Assembly: GCF_009914755.1 (NCBI RefSeq)
Contig: NC_060930.1
Strand: one strand, 5' to 3'
Source of the DNA: the human T2T-CHM13v2.0 reference genome, Homo sapiens
DNA: 64,000 nt
The position numbers were made by a program, and so were the translations under genes. The notes beneath the pieces were generated by a model that saw nothing but the letters and a program-made list of their open reading frames with translations, made no database searches and had not been told where the DNA came from. This document shows positions 14,288 to 32,719 of the stretch, in pieces; the stretch's first letter is position 1, and the number at the start of each line of letters is the position of its first letter.

Positions 14288-15029
14288 ATAAATCTGATGC
14301 TTTTTCTTAAGTAAGGCGACCTGAATCTTTTCTGTTTTTGCTGAATACCTTAATTTTTTTCTGTATGTTTGACAAAGTCAGTATTTGGAACAATATTTCT
14401 AAGAGAATATTATTTGTTGTGTTGTTCTTCAGGGACTCACATTTAAAAAAATGTTACTACAGTCTCTTATTTCATAATTTCATCATGAGAATTCCTTATC
14501 TACCCAGTGACCTCAGACGCTTAGGAGGAAAAGTGTTTCCAAATGTCCAGCTCTTATCTGAGCATCGTCTGAATTATGCAAGGGCCCTAAGTGTATGCAT
14601 TTAGGTTGGCTCTCCATTGGGGAAGAGCTCACATAAGGGTGTTGGTATTTCCTGCCCCTATTAGGCCAAAACTATTGTAATAACAGCGTTTCTGGCTGGA
14701 CTCAGGTACCTTTGCTTCAAGTACAGGCCAGAATCAGGAAATGAAGAGGCGTTTGTGAAAGGGAAAACTACTGGGGTGGTGGTTTGTGGGTAGGGAAGGG
14801 AGAATTTCTCAATCTTTTTATGGCATCAAAATGTTCAACATGGATAAATCATTAAGAAAAAGAAAAGGCCTACTCTTAGTGGAAATTACCACTCAGATTC
14901 TTCATTGTAATTTCTGGTTCTAACATGATATAAATGGACTGGGTAGATCTGAAAGGCTGCAAGGTTTGTCCAAGTAGGAGGTAGAATACTTCGTTTCTTT
15001 GCAAGTATTGTGAGGGATTATACCACTTG

Positions 15030-16200
<1,171 letters not shown>

Positions 16201-16204
16201 TATC

Positions 16205-16320
16205 TGTGGGTCTATGTGAATTTGAGAAGTGACTTAACTCCCTGGCCTCAGTTTCTCCATCTGTCTATTCACACTGGATTCTTGTGAAGATTAAATAAGA
16301 TAAATGCATATGAGAGTCTG
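16205..16320 (+). mobile_element. MIR
   Basis: MIR core 'cctcagtttctccatctgt...gtgaagattaaataagata'. Confidence 0.7.
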
Positions 16321-16689
16321 TAAAGAATAGACTCTACTGCTTTGTAGATTACTCAGTATAAGCCTGATGCTTAGGTAATGTAGTTTATGGTCCAATGGAT
16401 GAGTAGTTTGAAGAGTTTGGTGTATGGAGTAGTAATTCTTATTCTTGGGATGCACTTTAACATTTGCAAATAATTACCCACTTTTAGCAATTTAGAAGCA
16501 GCAAAAAATAAAAAGCTTGGAGGAGCTAATGAGAAGACTTGAAAGTTTTGGGACGTGGCTCCAGTCTCTTGGGGTAGCCTGTCTGTTTGCTAGTGCTGGT
16601 CCTTTTAGATGCATCTTGGGTGGAGTTTTCCATGAATACAGGAAAGCTTCTAGAGCCTTTCTTTCCAAAATAAACCCTAATTCCATTTT

Positions 16690-17825
<1,136 letters not shown>

Positions 17826-18237
17826 CAAAGAACGTGAAGAATAAAAGAGACAAACATCTGTGAGACACCTGTTACCTCTTGCCTCCATCCAGATCTGGAG
17901 CCTTCTCAGATCTGATAGGTTAATCCTCCCAGCAGAGAAAACATTGCATATTCACCTGTTCAGCTAAAACAGAAATAAGCCACATTCAAATGCTAAAGAG
18001 GTAAAACAAACAAACAAACAAAAAAACGCACTTATTGCATATGGTCTCTAAAGCTCACTTTAAAATATATTTTTAACATTTTTCATTCTAAAGGCGATCT
18101 TCAGAATGCGGGTTCATCAGTTGGAAGGAAATTTGTACAATTAGATTTTCTCTAATTGATTATTTTCCTCACTGCTGCTTTTAGCCTCATATGTGATATC
18201 CTCAAAGGTGATTTTCTTCGAGCTCCTGCCAACATCC

Positions 18238-18684
18238 CCATATTTGTTTGCTAGGGCTACTGTAACAACAACAAAAAAGTATCACAGATTGGGTGGTTTA
18301 AACAAGAAAAATGTATTGATTCACACTTCTGGAGGCTAGGAATCTGAGATCAAGGTGTCAGCTGGGTTGGTTCCTTCGGAGGCTGTAAGGGAGAATCTGT
18401 TCCAAGCCGCTCCTAACTTCTGGTAGTTGCCGATGCATCCCCCGATCTCTGCCTTTACCTTCCCATGGCATTCTCCTTATCTGCTGGTCTGTGTTTGCAT
18501 CCCAATTTCCCCTTTTTATAAGGATACCAGTCATATCGGATTAGAATCCACTCAATTGACCTCATCTTAACTTGTTTAAATCTACAAAGACTCTATTTCC
18601 AAATAAGGCCACATTCTAAGGAATGAGGGGTTAGGACTTCAACACATATTTTTGGTGAGGGGGGCACAATTCAGCTTATAACAA
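18238..18684 (-). mobile_element. MLT1 MaLR LTR
   Basis: 'ctagggctactgtaacaa...ttctggaggctagg...ggggcacaattcagc' pattern. Confidence 0.8.
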
Positions 18685-18882
18685 TCTTTATCTATGCCTA
18701 GCCAATAATCACACTGAATGACAGGCAACGGCTCTCAGAACCATGGTCCACAGTATGTGTCATCCTGGCAATATATCTAGTAACCCAGTGAGGTCGATCA
18801 TGTCAACCTCCAAAGAGAGGAGGCTGAGATGTCTATAAATATGGCCTCTATGTTCAAATGGCTGCTACAAGTGTGGAATGTT

Positions 18883-19279
18883 TGATATGGTTTGGGTCTG
18901 TGTCCCACCCAAATCTCATGTCAAATTGTAATCCCCAGTGTTGGAGGTGGGGCTTGGTGGGAGGTGATTGAATCATGGGAGCAGATTTCTCCTTTTGATG
19001 CTGTTCTTATGATAGAGTTCTCATGAGATCTGGTTGTTTAAGAGTGTGTGGCACCTCCCCCCTGCTCTCTCTTCCTTTTGCTCCAGCCATATGAAGTGCT
19101 GACTCCCCGTTTGCTTTCCACCATGATTGTAAGTTTCCTGAGGCCTCCCCAGAAGCCAACCAGATGCTGCCATGCTTCCTGTACAGCTTATGGAAACATG
19201 AGCCAATTAAACCTCTTTTCTTTATAAATTACCCAGTCTCAGGCATTTCTTTATAGCAAAGTCAGAATGGATTAATACA
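18883..19279 (+). mobile_element. MSTA-like MaLR solo LTR
   Basis: TGATATGGTTTGG...GGATTAATACA termini. Confidence 0.88.
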
Positions 19280-20029
19280 GTATTATTGAAATAAAAGTTC
19301 AAGTGCACTGGGATTATTTGGCCAATACATGTGTAAGCTATTGTCCCTTTATCCACCATGTGAGTTCCATTCCATTACCCAGTGTGACCTAAAAGCAAGA
19401 GCAAGAGTGAAAGTAAAGGAGAAAAAGAGTTCTAACAAATCTTAGCTTGATGTGCAAATGTTATAACCTTGATCTCTTTTCAAAACTTGTACCACCAGGT
19501 GACTGTTGATCATAAGTATGCATAGAGAGCTTACTAGTAATAACATGCACAGCATTCAAAGGATTCTTTGTATTGTTTCTTTGGATTCTATACTTGATCA
19601 GTTGCTCATCACTTATCTCTCTGCCTAAGGCATAGTAAATTGTCAGCGTCCATCCAAATGACTCAACTAATAACAAGCATCATGCTGGGCACAGTGAGAT
19701 GACTCAGAGATGAAGCTGAGGATCAATCATGCTGTTCCCAAGGTCTGTGCTGGATAAATCAGCATTGGAAACCTAGATGCTGAGTATACCAGAGGTTTGA
19801 TGAAAAATTATTTTAAACTTGCTGTATATTTGAAAATTTCTATAATAAAATGTTAAGAAAAAAAATCACATAAATCAGCTCCATGGGTTACTGATTTAGA
19901 ATAAACAAACATGGTCTGTTAGTATTCATTCATCATAGAATATGATAAATGTTTAACTGTCCAGTTTTAACTGTCTTGATGATGTCTGGGTAAACAAAGC
20001 ATCATCACTTCGTGGTTTGATATCTGTTA

Positions 20030-20307
20030 CCTTATTTTTTTATTTTTTAAGACAAGGTCTCACTCTGTTGCCCAGGCTGGAGTGCAGTGGTGAGATCTTG
20101 GCTCACTGCAATCTCCACCTCCCAGGCTCAAGCAACCCTTGCAGGTATGGGCCACCATGCCCAGCTAATTTTTTTTTTTTGCATTTTTTATAGAAACAAG
20201 GTTTCGCCATGTTGCCCAGGCTGGTCTCCAACTCCTGAACTCAAGCGATCCACCCTCCTCAGCCTCCCAAAGTGTTGGCACTACAGGCGTGAGCCACCAC
20301 CTTGGCC
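20030..20307 (-). mobile_element. AluJ with internal deletion
   Basis: Antisense dimer; tgttacctt / tgttccctt flanks. Confidence 0.9.
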
Positions 20308-21600
20308 TGTTCCCTTCTTTGAAATTATTGGGATGCAGGAAGAAGGCTTTTTGTTTTGTTTTATTTTGTTTGTTTAATTAATAGCTGCTAGATCCTACCA
20401 ATCTATACATTTTTAAAAAACTAGCCTATCACTATTTTTAAATCCCCTCCTTTTATTTGTGCCCTGGTATGATGATAAGTTTGATAGCAAGGGTACCATA
20501 ATATGGCACATAATAGTGCATTACTGCTCTGTGAGCTATCTTTTCCTCAGTCCTAAAGCAGAGTGGCTACGCAAGTAGTCTCTGGAGTCAGATTGCCTGG
20601 CTTATTAGAATTGCAGCTCAGTAGGACCTTGGGCAAATTGCTTAAGCTTTTCATGCCTTATTTCAAGTCCCTGCATCATATGACTGTTAGTGCCCAGAAT
20701 AAAATGTAATCGGTTTAGCTGTCTCGCTCTAGAATCTTTATTTTATCAACCAACTGTCCTTCTCTCACTCTCCCTTTCTCTCACATCTCTATCTGTAGAT
20801 CAACTCTTTCTTTATTTCTTGATCTTCCAAACCTCTTTCCCTCAGATCCACTTGTCAGGGACGTGCTGAGGGAAACAGGCTTCCTCCTGTCCTGCTAGTG
20901 ACCCCTGAGTGGCTTTCATGGACCCCATTTTATTCCCTCTTCATTAGGAAAAAACAGCTTTTTTGGTTTCTGGAGCACCCTTAACATCCTGTTTAGGTCT
21001 CTCGACTTCACAAGTAACTTCTTTCTTTATCACCATGAGCTTTTCTTTACCTCCTGATCTTTTCTACAGTCAGGTCCCGGACTTCTGCAGTTCCTGGTCT
21101 ATAGAGTCCCTTCAGATGTCAGATGAAACATTTAGTCAAATCTCTAACTTGACAAGCAATCAATGCACGAACATTTGTATTAGTGTCCATACGTTCAAGC
21201 CATCAGAAAGTGCACTCTACTTGGCTCCACAAAAGCAACACTTCAAGGCAACCATGATAATAATTAAAAAAAAAAACTTCATTAAACTACTGTATATGTA
21301 GACATGGGTTTTTAAATGCAAATTACAAAAAGTCTAACAATGTGTTTGTGACTCATATGTCAGTTAATGAAACAGTTAAAGGAAAACTCTAATGATACTG
21401 CATATTGTTATAATTTCTTATCTAATAGCCAAAGGAGGCAGACATGGAACACTTGACTGGGGGATTGATGGGGAGATGGACAACACAGAAAGGAACTTAT
21501 AGTAATGAAGGAAGGGGCTTGTAGGCATTCCTCGGTTGAAGATAATGGTTTTCCTACTGTTTCCCTTAGAGACTTAAGCTGGGCTATGATGCCTCAGAAA

Positions 21601-21749
21601 TGTATTATTATTATTGTTATTATTATTTTAGTAGAGATGGGGTTTCACCAAGTTGGTCAGGCTGGTCTCAAACTACTGACCTCAGGTGATCTATCCACCT
21701 TTGCCTCCCAAAGTGCTGGGATTATAGGCATGAGCCGCCGCACCTGGCC
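21601..21749 (-). mobile_element. Alu left monomer
   Basis: Left arm only, adjoining (TTA)n. Confidence 0.85.
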
Positions 21750-22078
21750 ATATTATTAATATTAATAATAAAGTCCTGACAAAGAATTCTATTCATTTTT
21801 AGGAAATCATTTACAGAGGTAACTGATATTGTAGTCGTTGACCTTGTGCTCAAAATGCCCAATGTTCCTTTATGGATTTCTAAAACAGGAATCTGAGGAC
21901 TGTCTACTCCATCAAGGATACCTGGGGTATACCTCTAAAACGCAGCTTCAAATTCAACAGGTGATTCTGATGCACCCTAGAGTTAGAGAGTCAATGCCTT
22001 TTGGATTTTGGGCCTGAATAGGGCCTATTGCCTATGTGAGAGTGCCATTCAGTAAAGTTGGAGTTGCTCAAGAAAATA

Positions 22079-22392
22079 CAGTAGTCCCTTGGTATCAGTG
22101 AGGAAATTGGTTCTAGGGCCTCCTCCCAAACCAAAATCTGCAGATGCTCAAGTCCCTTATATAAAATGGCATAGTATTTGCATATAACATACACCATCCT
22201 CCAATACACTTTAAATAGTCTCTAGATTATACCTAATATAATGTAAATGCTATGTAAATAGTTTTCATATTTTTTATTTGTATTTTTTGTTGTATTGTTA
22301 CTTTTTATTGTTGTTATTGTTTTTAAAATAGTTTTGATCTTTAGTTGGTTGAATCTTTGGATGCAAAACTTCTGGATACAGAGGGCTGACTA
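22079..22392. mobile_element. MER2 (Tigger-family MITE)
   Basis: TA-flanked termini cagtagtcccttggtatc / gatacagagggctgacta; typical MER2 body. Confidence 0.85.
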
Positions 22393-22970
22393 TACTATTA
22401 CAATGAGATGTTACACTTACATCAATAATGTTACTTAAACTTTTAGTTGTCTTATCATTTCTCAAAATCAACTTTTATAACTGTAGTGATTAATAAGATT
22501 AATTTTAAAAGGAGTTCTCTTAAAATATGAAATAACAGCAACTCATTAGCTAAATCCTGTGGATGCTATTCAACCCTTTCCTGGAAGCAGATGAAGCCCT
22601 CATTTGTAACTATGACCTTGCCCAAAATGGTGGAGCTTCTGCAAGTGGAGCCATCTCAAGTCAAGGGATGGTCTTAACCACCTCACCAGAGTCTCCTAAT
22701 TCCCACTGATCTGTTGAGCTCTAACAAACATTAGAAGGAGAAAACTGAATAAGGGAATGCCTATTGTCTTCTTGGAATAGAAGGCCTCACTTAGCTCCAT
22801 AAAGAGTTTACTCTGCCACCACATAGTCTGCACAAATAAAATGCTTTGGCTCTCTTTTTGTTCCCAAAAATATTGATTTGGGGACTTGGATATCTAGGAA
22901 TTTATTTGAAGTACCTAAAATAGAGGTCAGTTCAGTTAATTATGCTTTTTTTCCTGTTTTTCACATATAA

Positions 22971-23309
<339 letters not shown>

Positions 23310-23311
23310 CA

Positions 23312-23490
23312 GACTGGTAGTTTTTAACCCAGGCTGAGTATTATAGTCATCTGGGGACCTTTGAGAAATTCCAACACCCAGACCCCACCACTAGAGAGAG
23401 TTCAAATTAATTGGTCTGGGGTGGGGCCAAGGCATCATATTTTTCCAATCTCCCAGTGATTCAAAGTGTAGCCAAAAGTGAGAACCATCA
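23312..23490. mobile_element. MER5-like MITE
   Basis: Internal palindrome cccagacccc...ggtctggggtgggg. Confidence 0.7.
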
Positions 23491-23591
23491 CTTGCTTTAT
23501 GATATAAGACTTATAAAAGTCAATTCTATGAAAACCATCCACCACCATCAACAAAGAAAACTATTTGATTTGACAGTATCCTAATAGTTGA

Positions 23592-24043
<452 letters not shown>

Positions 24044-24345
24044 CCCAAATTTATATATTCATATTTTTCACTAGCAGAATTCAACAGGAAATTCAGTCAG
24101 CAAAATTGCTTAGAGAAAGCAATTTGTTCGTAAAATTTCTAACCTCAAAGCTTTACAGGATTTGGCTTCTATGAAATCCAACAAGTGTAACAACATCAGC
24201 TGTGATATCTTTGTAGTTAGGTTACATTTAATTGATTTTGGGGACTTTAGTCTGCAGCAAATCTATGCCCACAGAACCAGTTGAAGCTGTGAAACCTCTG
24301 TCTTGCCACATATGTTTATATCCTTTAATAAAATAAAGCTAATAA

Positions 24346-24617
<272 letters not shown>

Positions 24618-25699
24618 TAATGATTCCACCAGGTTCCATTTGATGGAGGGCAGGTTCATTGAACACCTTCAGCTGCGAGGAGAGCTGTAGTGAGACCTTT
24701 GTGTCTAATGACTGCCGTCTCTCTTCAATTTCATGTAATGAGTGTGTGAGTTCGATTGCTAGATTCTGATGTTGGTGGAGGATAAATGTAAATAATTTAT
24801 GAGAGAAAGTTGTGAACTTCTTGGAGAGCCCAAGGAATACAACTTTTCTGGAGGGTGAGGGACAAGGGAAATAAGAGTGCAAAAAGAACAAAGAAACTCT
24901 GTTCTAAAAGGCATTCATTTAGATGGTGTCCTTATTTATAGCCTGCCCCTGTACCTTGTCCTGTGGAACCGGGGCACTTGCATTTGGCAGCTGCAATCAC
25001 TTAATAACTGCACCTTTGCCATAAAAGCTGTTGGAGGTTGGCAGAGAGCAGGCATCCAGTGTGATCATTGCTAACATCCATTTAAAGCCAAAGCCACAGG
25101 GGGAAGTAATTGGATTTAATGGATATAGAGTTTTAGGATGAAAGTGCGTGGGATTGGGTTTATTTAATTTAATTAGACTTATACTTTAGATTATCTCATT
25201 TAAATTATCTGTGTTCCCATGTATGCTTTGACTTTCTGGCCTTTAGACAATAGGCAAAATTTTCCTTGTACGAAGCAATGAAGATCTGTTCATTTCTCCT
25301 TCAGAGCCTTCTACATCAGCCAGGGTAAAAATGAGCTTCTGCATCAGCCAGGGTCAACTGACCCAGCTCCCTCTGAAGGCAATCTCTTTCATTGGTTGGT
25401 TGAGTCGTAGAACAGGAGGACCTGAGGGGGCTTTTAAAGCTCTCACGCTGCCCTGGTTCTCTCCCTAGCAGCAGGGTAGGCTCTGCTTTCTGAGTAGCTA
25501 CAGGAGCCTTCATTACCTGTGCCATAGGCCATAGCTTCTCAAGGGCATCTGACACTCCCAAGGGCAAAAGCTGGTGGACTTTGACAACACATCCCGCAAC
25601 AACTAAATTGTCATTTCCAGAATGAAAATCCATCTTGCACAATCATACAGGGAACTTTATCTGAATCACAGAAACCAGATAAATTGAGCCTACTAGTTA

Positions 25700-26298
<599 letters not shown>

Positions 26299-26558
26299 TC
26301 ATGATAGGGTGATATGGACATGTTTACACTGCAAGAGGGAATCAGGCTGCCTTGCCTCTCAGCACGCCCACTCCAGTGGGAGTCTGAAATTACTGTCTTC
26401 AAACCTTCTATTCACCTAATTCCTCTTAGTCCTTTGAGATTTTCAGGAAAGCAGTACTGTGGTTAATAAAAAATTGATGTATTGTTACCTTTTAGTAAGA
26501 ACCATATTATTTAGGGATATATTTTATATCAATTTAAACACATGTACTGTGTATTTCG

Positions 26559-26700
26559 GGTGTGTGTGTGTGTGTTTGTGGTGTGTGTGTGTATTTCCAT
26601 TTAGACTTTGTAGTATAAAGGTCTGCTTTCTCCACTTTTGCCATTGTTCCCTAATAAACTGTTGTGTGTGTGTGGATATATATATATATATATATATATA
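26559..26700. repeat. (GT)n and (AT)n microsatellites
   Basis: Directly visible. Confidence 0.9.
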
Positions 26701-27256
26701 AACAATTAGATTATGGTTACTTATTCATTCTCAAGGAACAGGAAAGCCAGCAAAATAGACATTGATTGCCTCAATAGCATGTACTAGGTAACAACTTCAT
26801 TTAAGGCACTGATCCCAGGTACTGTGGTCAATATAAAAATGTATAAGATCTGACCACTCTCCCAGATTAAGCTACAGATAAACATGACTAATTCGAAGTA
26901 GAAATGGGCAATGTGAAATACAAAGAAAGTGCTGCGAGATTTCTGAAGACAGTAAGATTATGTCTGATTTGGGGGATCAGGTAGTGTTCTGTGGGATGCC
27001 TTCTGCACCGGGCTCAGAAGGAGGGAGCTCTGGACATGTAGTGGTGGGTGGGTAGAGATGGGGCACTCCAGGTGGTGGGATAGTACCCCTGGGAAAGTGC
27101 TGAGCACTTTCTGGACCTTTTTTTAATTATTATTATTTTTTAACTGATTGACAAGATATGGAATCTGGATCGTTAAAAAGGCTATTTGGCTGTGATGTGG
27201 AGCTGTGAGAAGTAAGCTCTAGAGTGAGATCCTGAGAGTTCTTTAATTTCACCAGT

Positions 27257-27705
27257 TGTATTAGTTCCCTAGGGCTGTTTTAACAAAGTGGCTGAAAATA
27301 ACAGAAACGTATTCTCTTATGGTGCTGGAAGGCTGAAAGCCTGGTATCAAGGCGTTGGGCAGGGCCATGCTTCCTCTGACGGCTCTAGAGAGGAATCCAC
27401 CCTGGTCTCCTCCAACAGCTTCTGGTGGCTCCCGACAACCCTTGGCACTCCTTGGCTCATAGCTACATCACTTCAGTCTTCACCTTTGTCTTCACAGGGC
27501 CTTCCTCCCTGTACATCTGTGTACCTTGGTGTGTCCTTTCTTCTTTTTCTAAGGACGCCGGTGAAATCGGATGTAGGGCCCACCCTAATCCAAGATGACT
27601 TCATCTTAACTAATTACTTCTGCAAAAACCCGTTTTCCAAATAAGGTTACATTCTAAGGTTCCAGGTAGACATGATATTTGGGGGCACACTATTCAACTC
27701 ACAAC
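27257..27705 (-). mobile_element. MLT1 MaLR LTR
   Basis: 'tgtattagttccctagggctg...gggggcacactattcaactcacaaca'. Confidence 0.8.
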
Positions 27706-28077
27706 ACCATTTTAGCAAGATCCCAAGAGTACCATAGTGTCAAGCACTAAGGAGTCTGAACTTTACCAGTTTAGATGCCTACGTTCAGAGAGACATTGAG
27801 CGAAGTCTTTTTAGGGCAGGGAATACCTTGACAGCCTTGGCCTTCCCTAGGTTGGACCTGCTGTGCCTGTGGTGAGCCTTTAACACCCGACTGCCATAAG
27901 CCACATTCTGAAAGGCCGTACACCCACATATACTGTCTGGGTGCCTGAAGCTCTGCCTTCCATCTCTGCCCACTGGGCTATGATTGTAGCATTCCATTTT
28001 GCTCTTACTGGGGGAAGTATTCTTGTCCCTCTCTCCTGCACCCAAATGCCCAGCTGCTGGCTGGGACTCATGAGTAG

Positions 28078-28310
<233 letters not shown>

Positions 28311-29733
28311 TCCCATGGCTTACTTTTGGAACAATGTGTTTGTCAAATTAAGTACACAGGCCTGCAAGAACTGGGAAGGAGAACTCTTATCTTACTTAGT
28401 ACCTCTCGACATGTACTTTTTGCTTTAGAGACAACTAAGTAGCCATATCAGAACAAGTGTCAGTTGAAGGATACCTTTAAGATATTCATTTACAAATGCT
28501 TTTCTGAATGCTTTGTGTATGATAGTTCCGTATCTCATTATTAATTCTTTTAAGCTTTTAGTGCAGGCAAAACTAACATGTTTAACATCAGTCCTCTTAT
28601 TTTTTACTATAAATAGTTGCAAGAATTAAATGAAATAATATATTTAGAAGTCTTAACACATTCCACACAGCAGTCACTAGCTATTATTACCCTTCTAACT
28701 GTACATGCTGGCAGTTATCTGGCTCAAGGAGTTTTTAGTGGGATATGATATATTTTGCCTCTCAATTTTGAGTTTTAATGCTTTTTACCATCAAAGGATT
28801 GACATATCTTCCTGGAAAAGATAAAAAAGATCTTTGAAGATTTGTTTTCTTCAAAGTTATGACAACCACAGCAACGTGCCTCAGTGTAGATACTCTGGTT
28901 GCTAAGGACCGCATAGATCAGGGTAAAAAGTGGGCTGATGGTACCTGTCATTTTCTTTTCTTTTCTTTTTGTCACTTGGAGGGAAGAAGCAGCTTGGTAG
29001 ATGCTTGGGCTTGTGTCTGAGGCATCACAGCAGCATTGTGAAAAAGAATCAGTCAGCATGATGGTATCTATCTTTTTGGACTGACTTCTGGACGGATCTG
29101 CCATTCTACCGCTGTACTTTGCTCTTCAGGGAAACATGGAAGCACATTCCCATGCTAAAGAAACTTCTATGTGATCAGTTCACTATGCAGAGCACTGGGA
29201 GTTTCCCTCCTCAACAGAGATTGCAGCACACAGCCTCTGCCTTGCTCAACACCACAAGATTCTGTGTCAATAATCAAGGACAAAATAGCTCTAAAATTAA
29301 ATCTTATTTCCAGCCTAGAGAATTTTTAATCTAGATTTACAGACATCATAAAAAGTAATGATTACTATGTCAAGAAAGGTAATTTTCATGAAGGAAATGA
29401 CTTCTAATCCAAATGGTTTATTTGTAGGATTAATGTCATATGAACCTGTTTTATACAAAGTTGTAGGGAGACAAAAAAAAGGGAAGAAATTAATTTCGAG
29501 CCTAAATATACCAGTAAATAAATAAGTTGACAAAAATGAGCTAATTTTAACTTCAAATCACTCACCCAATTCGTCTTGTACAATAACCTCAGAAACACAA
29601 ATACACCATGTCCGGCTGCATATGAAAGTGGCAAGAGCTTGTCATTTCCATTTTTAAAAGGAGAAGCAAATGTGTCTAGCTTACTCAATTTTTTCCTAAC
29701 TTCAACTTTCATGTTTATATAACCATCAGGGAG

Positions 29734-29747
29734 ACGTGCTGACTCAC
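29734..29747. promoter_or_regulatory. ARE/MARE (NRF2/BACH-sMAF) consensus overlapping RCGTG
   Basis: ACGTGCTGACTCAC; the reverse strand reads GTGAGTCAGCA; motif match only. Confidence 0.4.
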
Positions 29748-29914
29748 AGTCAGCCTCTGGGGCAGCACTTCCCTTTTCTTTAGTTCTTGAAGAAACAAGT
29801 ATGGTGCTCCCAGGAGAGTGGACAAGCTAACCATGTGAGTTTTTTATACACACAAGTAATATAATCGTGTACATTTATGTTAATTGACAAAAGTCTGAAC
29901 AAGATAATCCCTAA

Positions 29915-30096
<182 letters not shown>

Positions 30097-30559
30097 AAGA
30101 ATTATTTTAAGCAAGAATTGCTTTTTAAAATGCTAAACAAAATGATAAAGTCCACAAGTTTTTAGGTTTGTAGGTGAAGTCTTAGCTGACTTCCCACCTC
30201 CAGCAGGTTGGAAACTGTTCTTGATGCTCCCATAATACTTAGGATTTACACGATCATTGCGACACTACAGCACTTAATAGTAGCCAGGAGATAGAAGGTT
30301 CCGTGTATGGGGTACTGAGTTTGCACTGCACTTCTTCTCACTCCAGGCCACAGACCCCCGGACTCTACTTCCTTCCTTAGAGTCAGGAACTAAGAGGAAA
30401 ATATTCAGCTTGGTTTTCTGGAGTGAGAAATACAGGGTTGAGACTACGTCAAGACAGTTATGTAAATAATGTAGGTGAAAAACTGAAGAAGAGATGAGGA
30501 GCCACCACAGCTTCCCAATCGATTTATTTGCTTCCAACTTTTCCAACATTGCTGCTCAG

Positions 30560-31310
30560 TGAGCTTTCAAAAATGCCAGTCCAATTAATTCACTTTTCTG
30601 CTTAAAACCCTTCAGTGCATCCGAGGGGACTTGAGATAAAGACCAAAGCCCTCACCTGCCCTGGAGGCCTTGAGTGACATGGTCCTCCCCTCACCTGCCT
30701 GGGGAAACCACTCTTGCTCCTGAGGGCTCCAGACTTCACCTGCAGTTGCTCTCTTAGTTCATCGAAACAGATGGGCTTCTTCCTGCCTCAGGGCCATTGC
30801 TCCTGCTGTCCTCCTGCCTGAATCATCGCAGCAGACTGCCAGCCCTTCTGCTGTCTTTGGCTGCACACTTCTTTTCTTTGGCCAGCCAAGAGATGACTGA
30901 AGTTTGAATTTGAATGCCTTAAGGCCAGTAGACTTCCTCCAGTGGGCCTTCAGTTCTAATATTTCTTGTTGTCTTACCCCTGCCAGATGCACACATTTGT
31001 GTTACCTGCCTGATCTCTTAAAGGAATTTGAGTTTGCAATCTCTGGACTAATTAATGTCTACTGATCAACCAATAAAGCACAAATGCCACCTCCTCACAA
31101 AAACTTTCACAGCCCCACAAAAAATCCTGTACTTTCCCTTCATAGCACTTGTCACAACAACAATTAAATAACTAATTGTGTTATTACATGTCTAAAGTCT
31201 ATATTCCCGGCCAGCATGGACATTCCAAAAGGGCAGGGACTCTTGTCTTTTTCACCACTATGTTCTTAGTGTTTACATATAGAAGGCACTCAATGATTGA
31301 ATGGATGAAT
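30560..31310 (+). mobile_element. L2 fragments
   Basis: 'cttaaaacccttcagtg...gcactcaatgattgaatggatgaat'. Confidence 0.55.
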
Positions 31311-31601
31311 GATAAAGCTAAAGTATTCCAAAGCTTAGTGACATAAATAATTCTCTAAAAGCTTTAAATGAGAATTATAGGCAAACATTTTTCTGAGATT
31401 ATTTGAGCCTAGTCCTTCCAGGAGACACTGAGATCCCACAACCCTGAGGATGATATATCACGGGAAGCTCATGACAGTGATTTCGTACTACTGTGCTAGG
31501 TCTAAAGGGCAGAAGGAATGGGGAAGCCAAGAGGGCTCCAGGCTCCATGCAACTAATGAAACCATAGCAGCTCTACTTGCTAGACTTTTATCATTATTCA
31601 C

Positions 31602-31911
<310 letters not shown>

Positions 31912-32719
31912 TGTCATTATTCACTTTCTATCTTTTATGTAAATATAGTGAATTTCTGCATAGGATTTGTCTGAACAAACCTTATACCAAGGCTTTGACA
32001 GTGTCTATCTTATTGGTTATGGTATCCATGGCTCCTAGGATGGTGCCTGGCACTGAGTGTTGGTGTCTATGAATGGTAACCTACTTGTGGTAAAGATATT
32101 TACAAAGCTAGGATCAGATTTCTGTTGTGTTTCAGGATCAGGAAGTAGTGAAGCTGTCCTATTGCAGGTAACATTGGTAGCATTACCTATCACATATGAT
32201 GAGGGTTTCTTCCATCCATTCAGTCCAATTGCAAAACCAAATCAAACAACTTCTTTTCCTTCCCAAATGATATTTAATTCAAGTCCTTCAAATGCATTTC
32301 GAAAGCTTCTCTTGTCCATGCTCCTTCTCTATGCTATGTTGTCTTCTCTGCCTGTAGTCACATCCAAAAGGCAATGAATTAATTATCTTCATAAGTATTT
32401 TTCTTTATTTCCAAACGTGATCAGAATGTGCCCAAAGAATTCTTCATTGCAATGTTTTTGAGGAAGTTTGACTTATTATTATTATTATTAGGCTTCATTT
32501 TATCTGAAGCAAATTAAAGTGGACAATTTTCTATGATGATGGAAAGTCTCGCTATGTTGCCCAGGATGGTCTCAAACTCCTGGCTTCAAGCAGTCCTTCT
32601 CCCTTAGCCCTGCAAAATGCTGGTAATACAGGCATGAGCCACTATGCCAGGGCAAGGTTTTTTTTTAATGTGATAATTAGCAGTAAAAGTGGGATAAAAG
32701 ACATTATATGGACCAGTAC

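Noticed and set aside
28775-29104. 109-aa ORF MADPSRSQSKK with good Kozak context and a possible CAG|GTACCA donor
   Set aside because: No homology recognised and the donor is weak; would need Ribo-seq or PhyloCSF support
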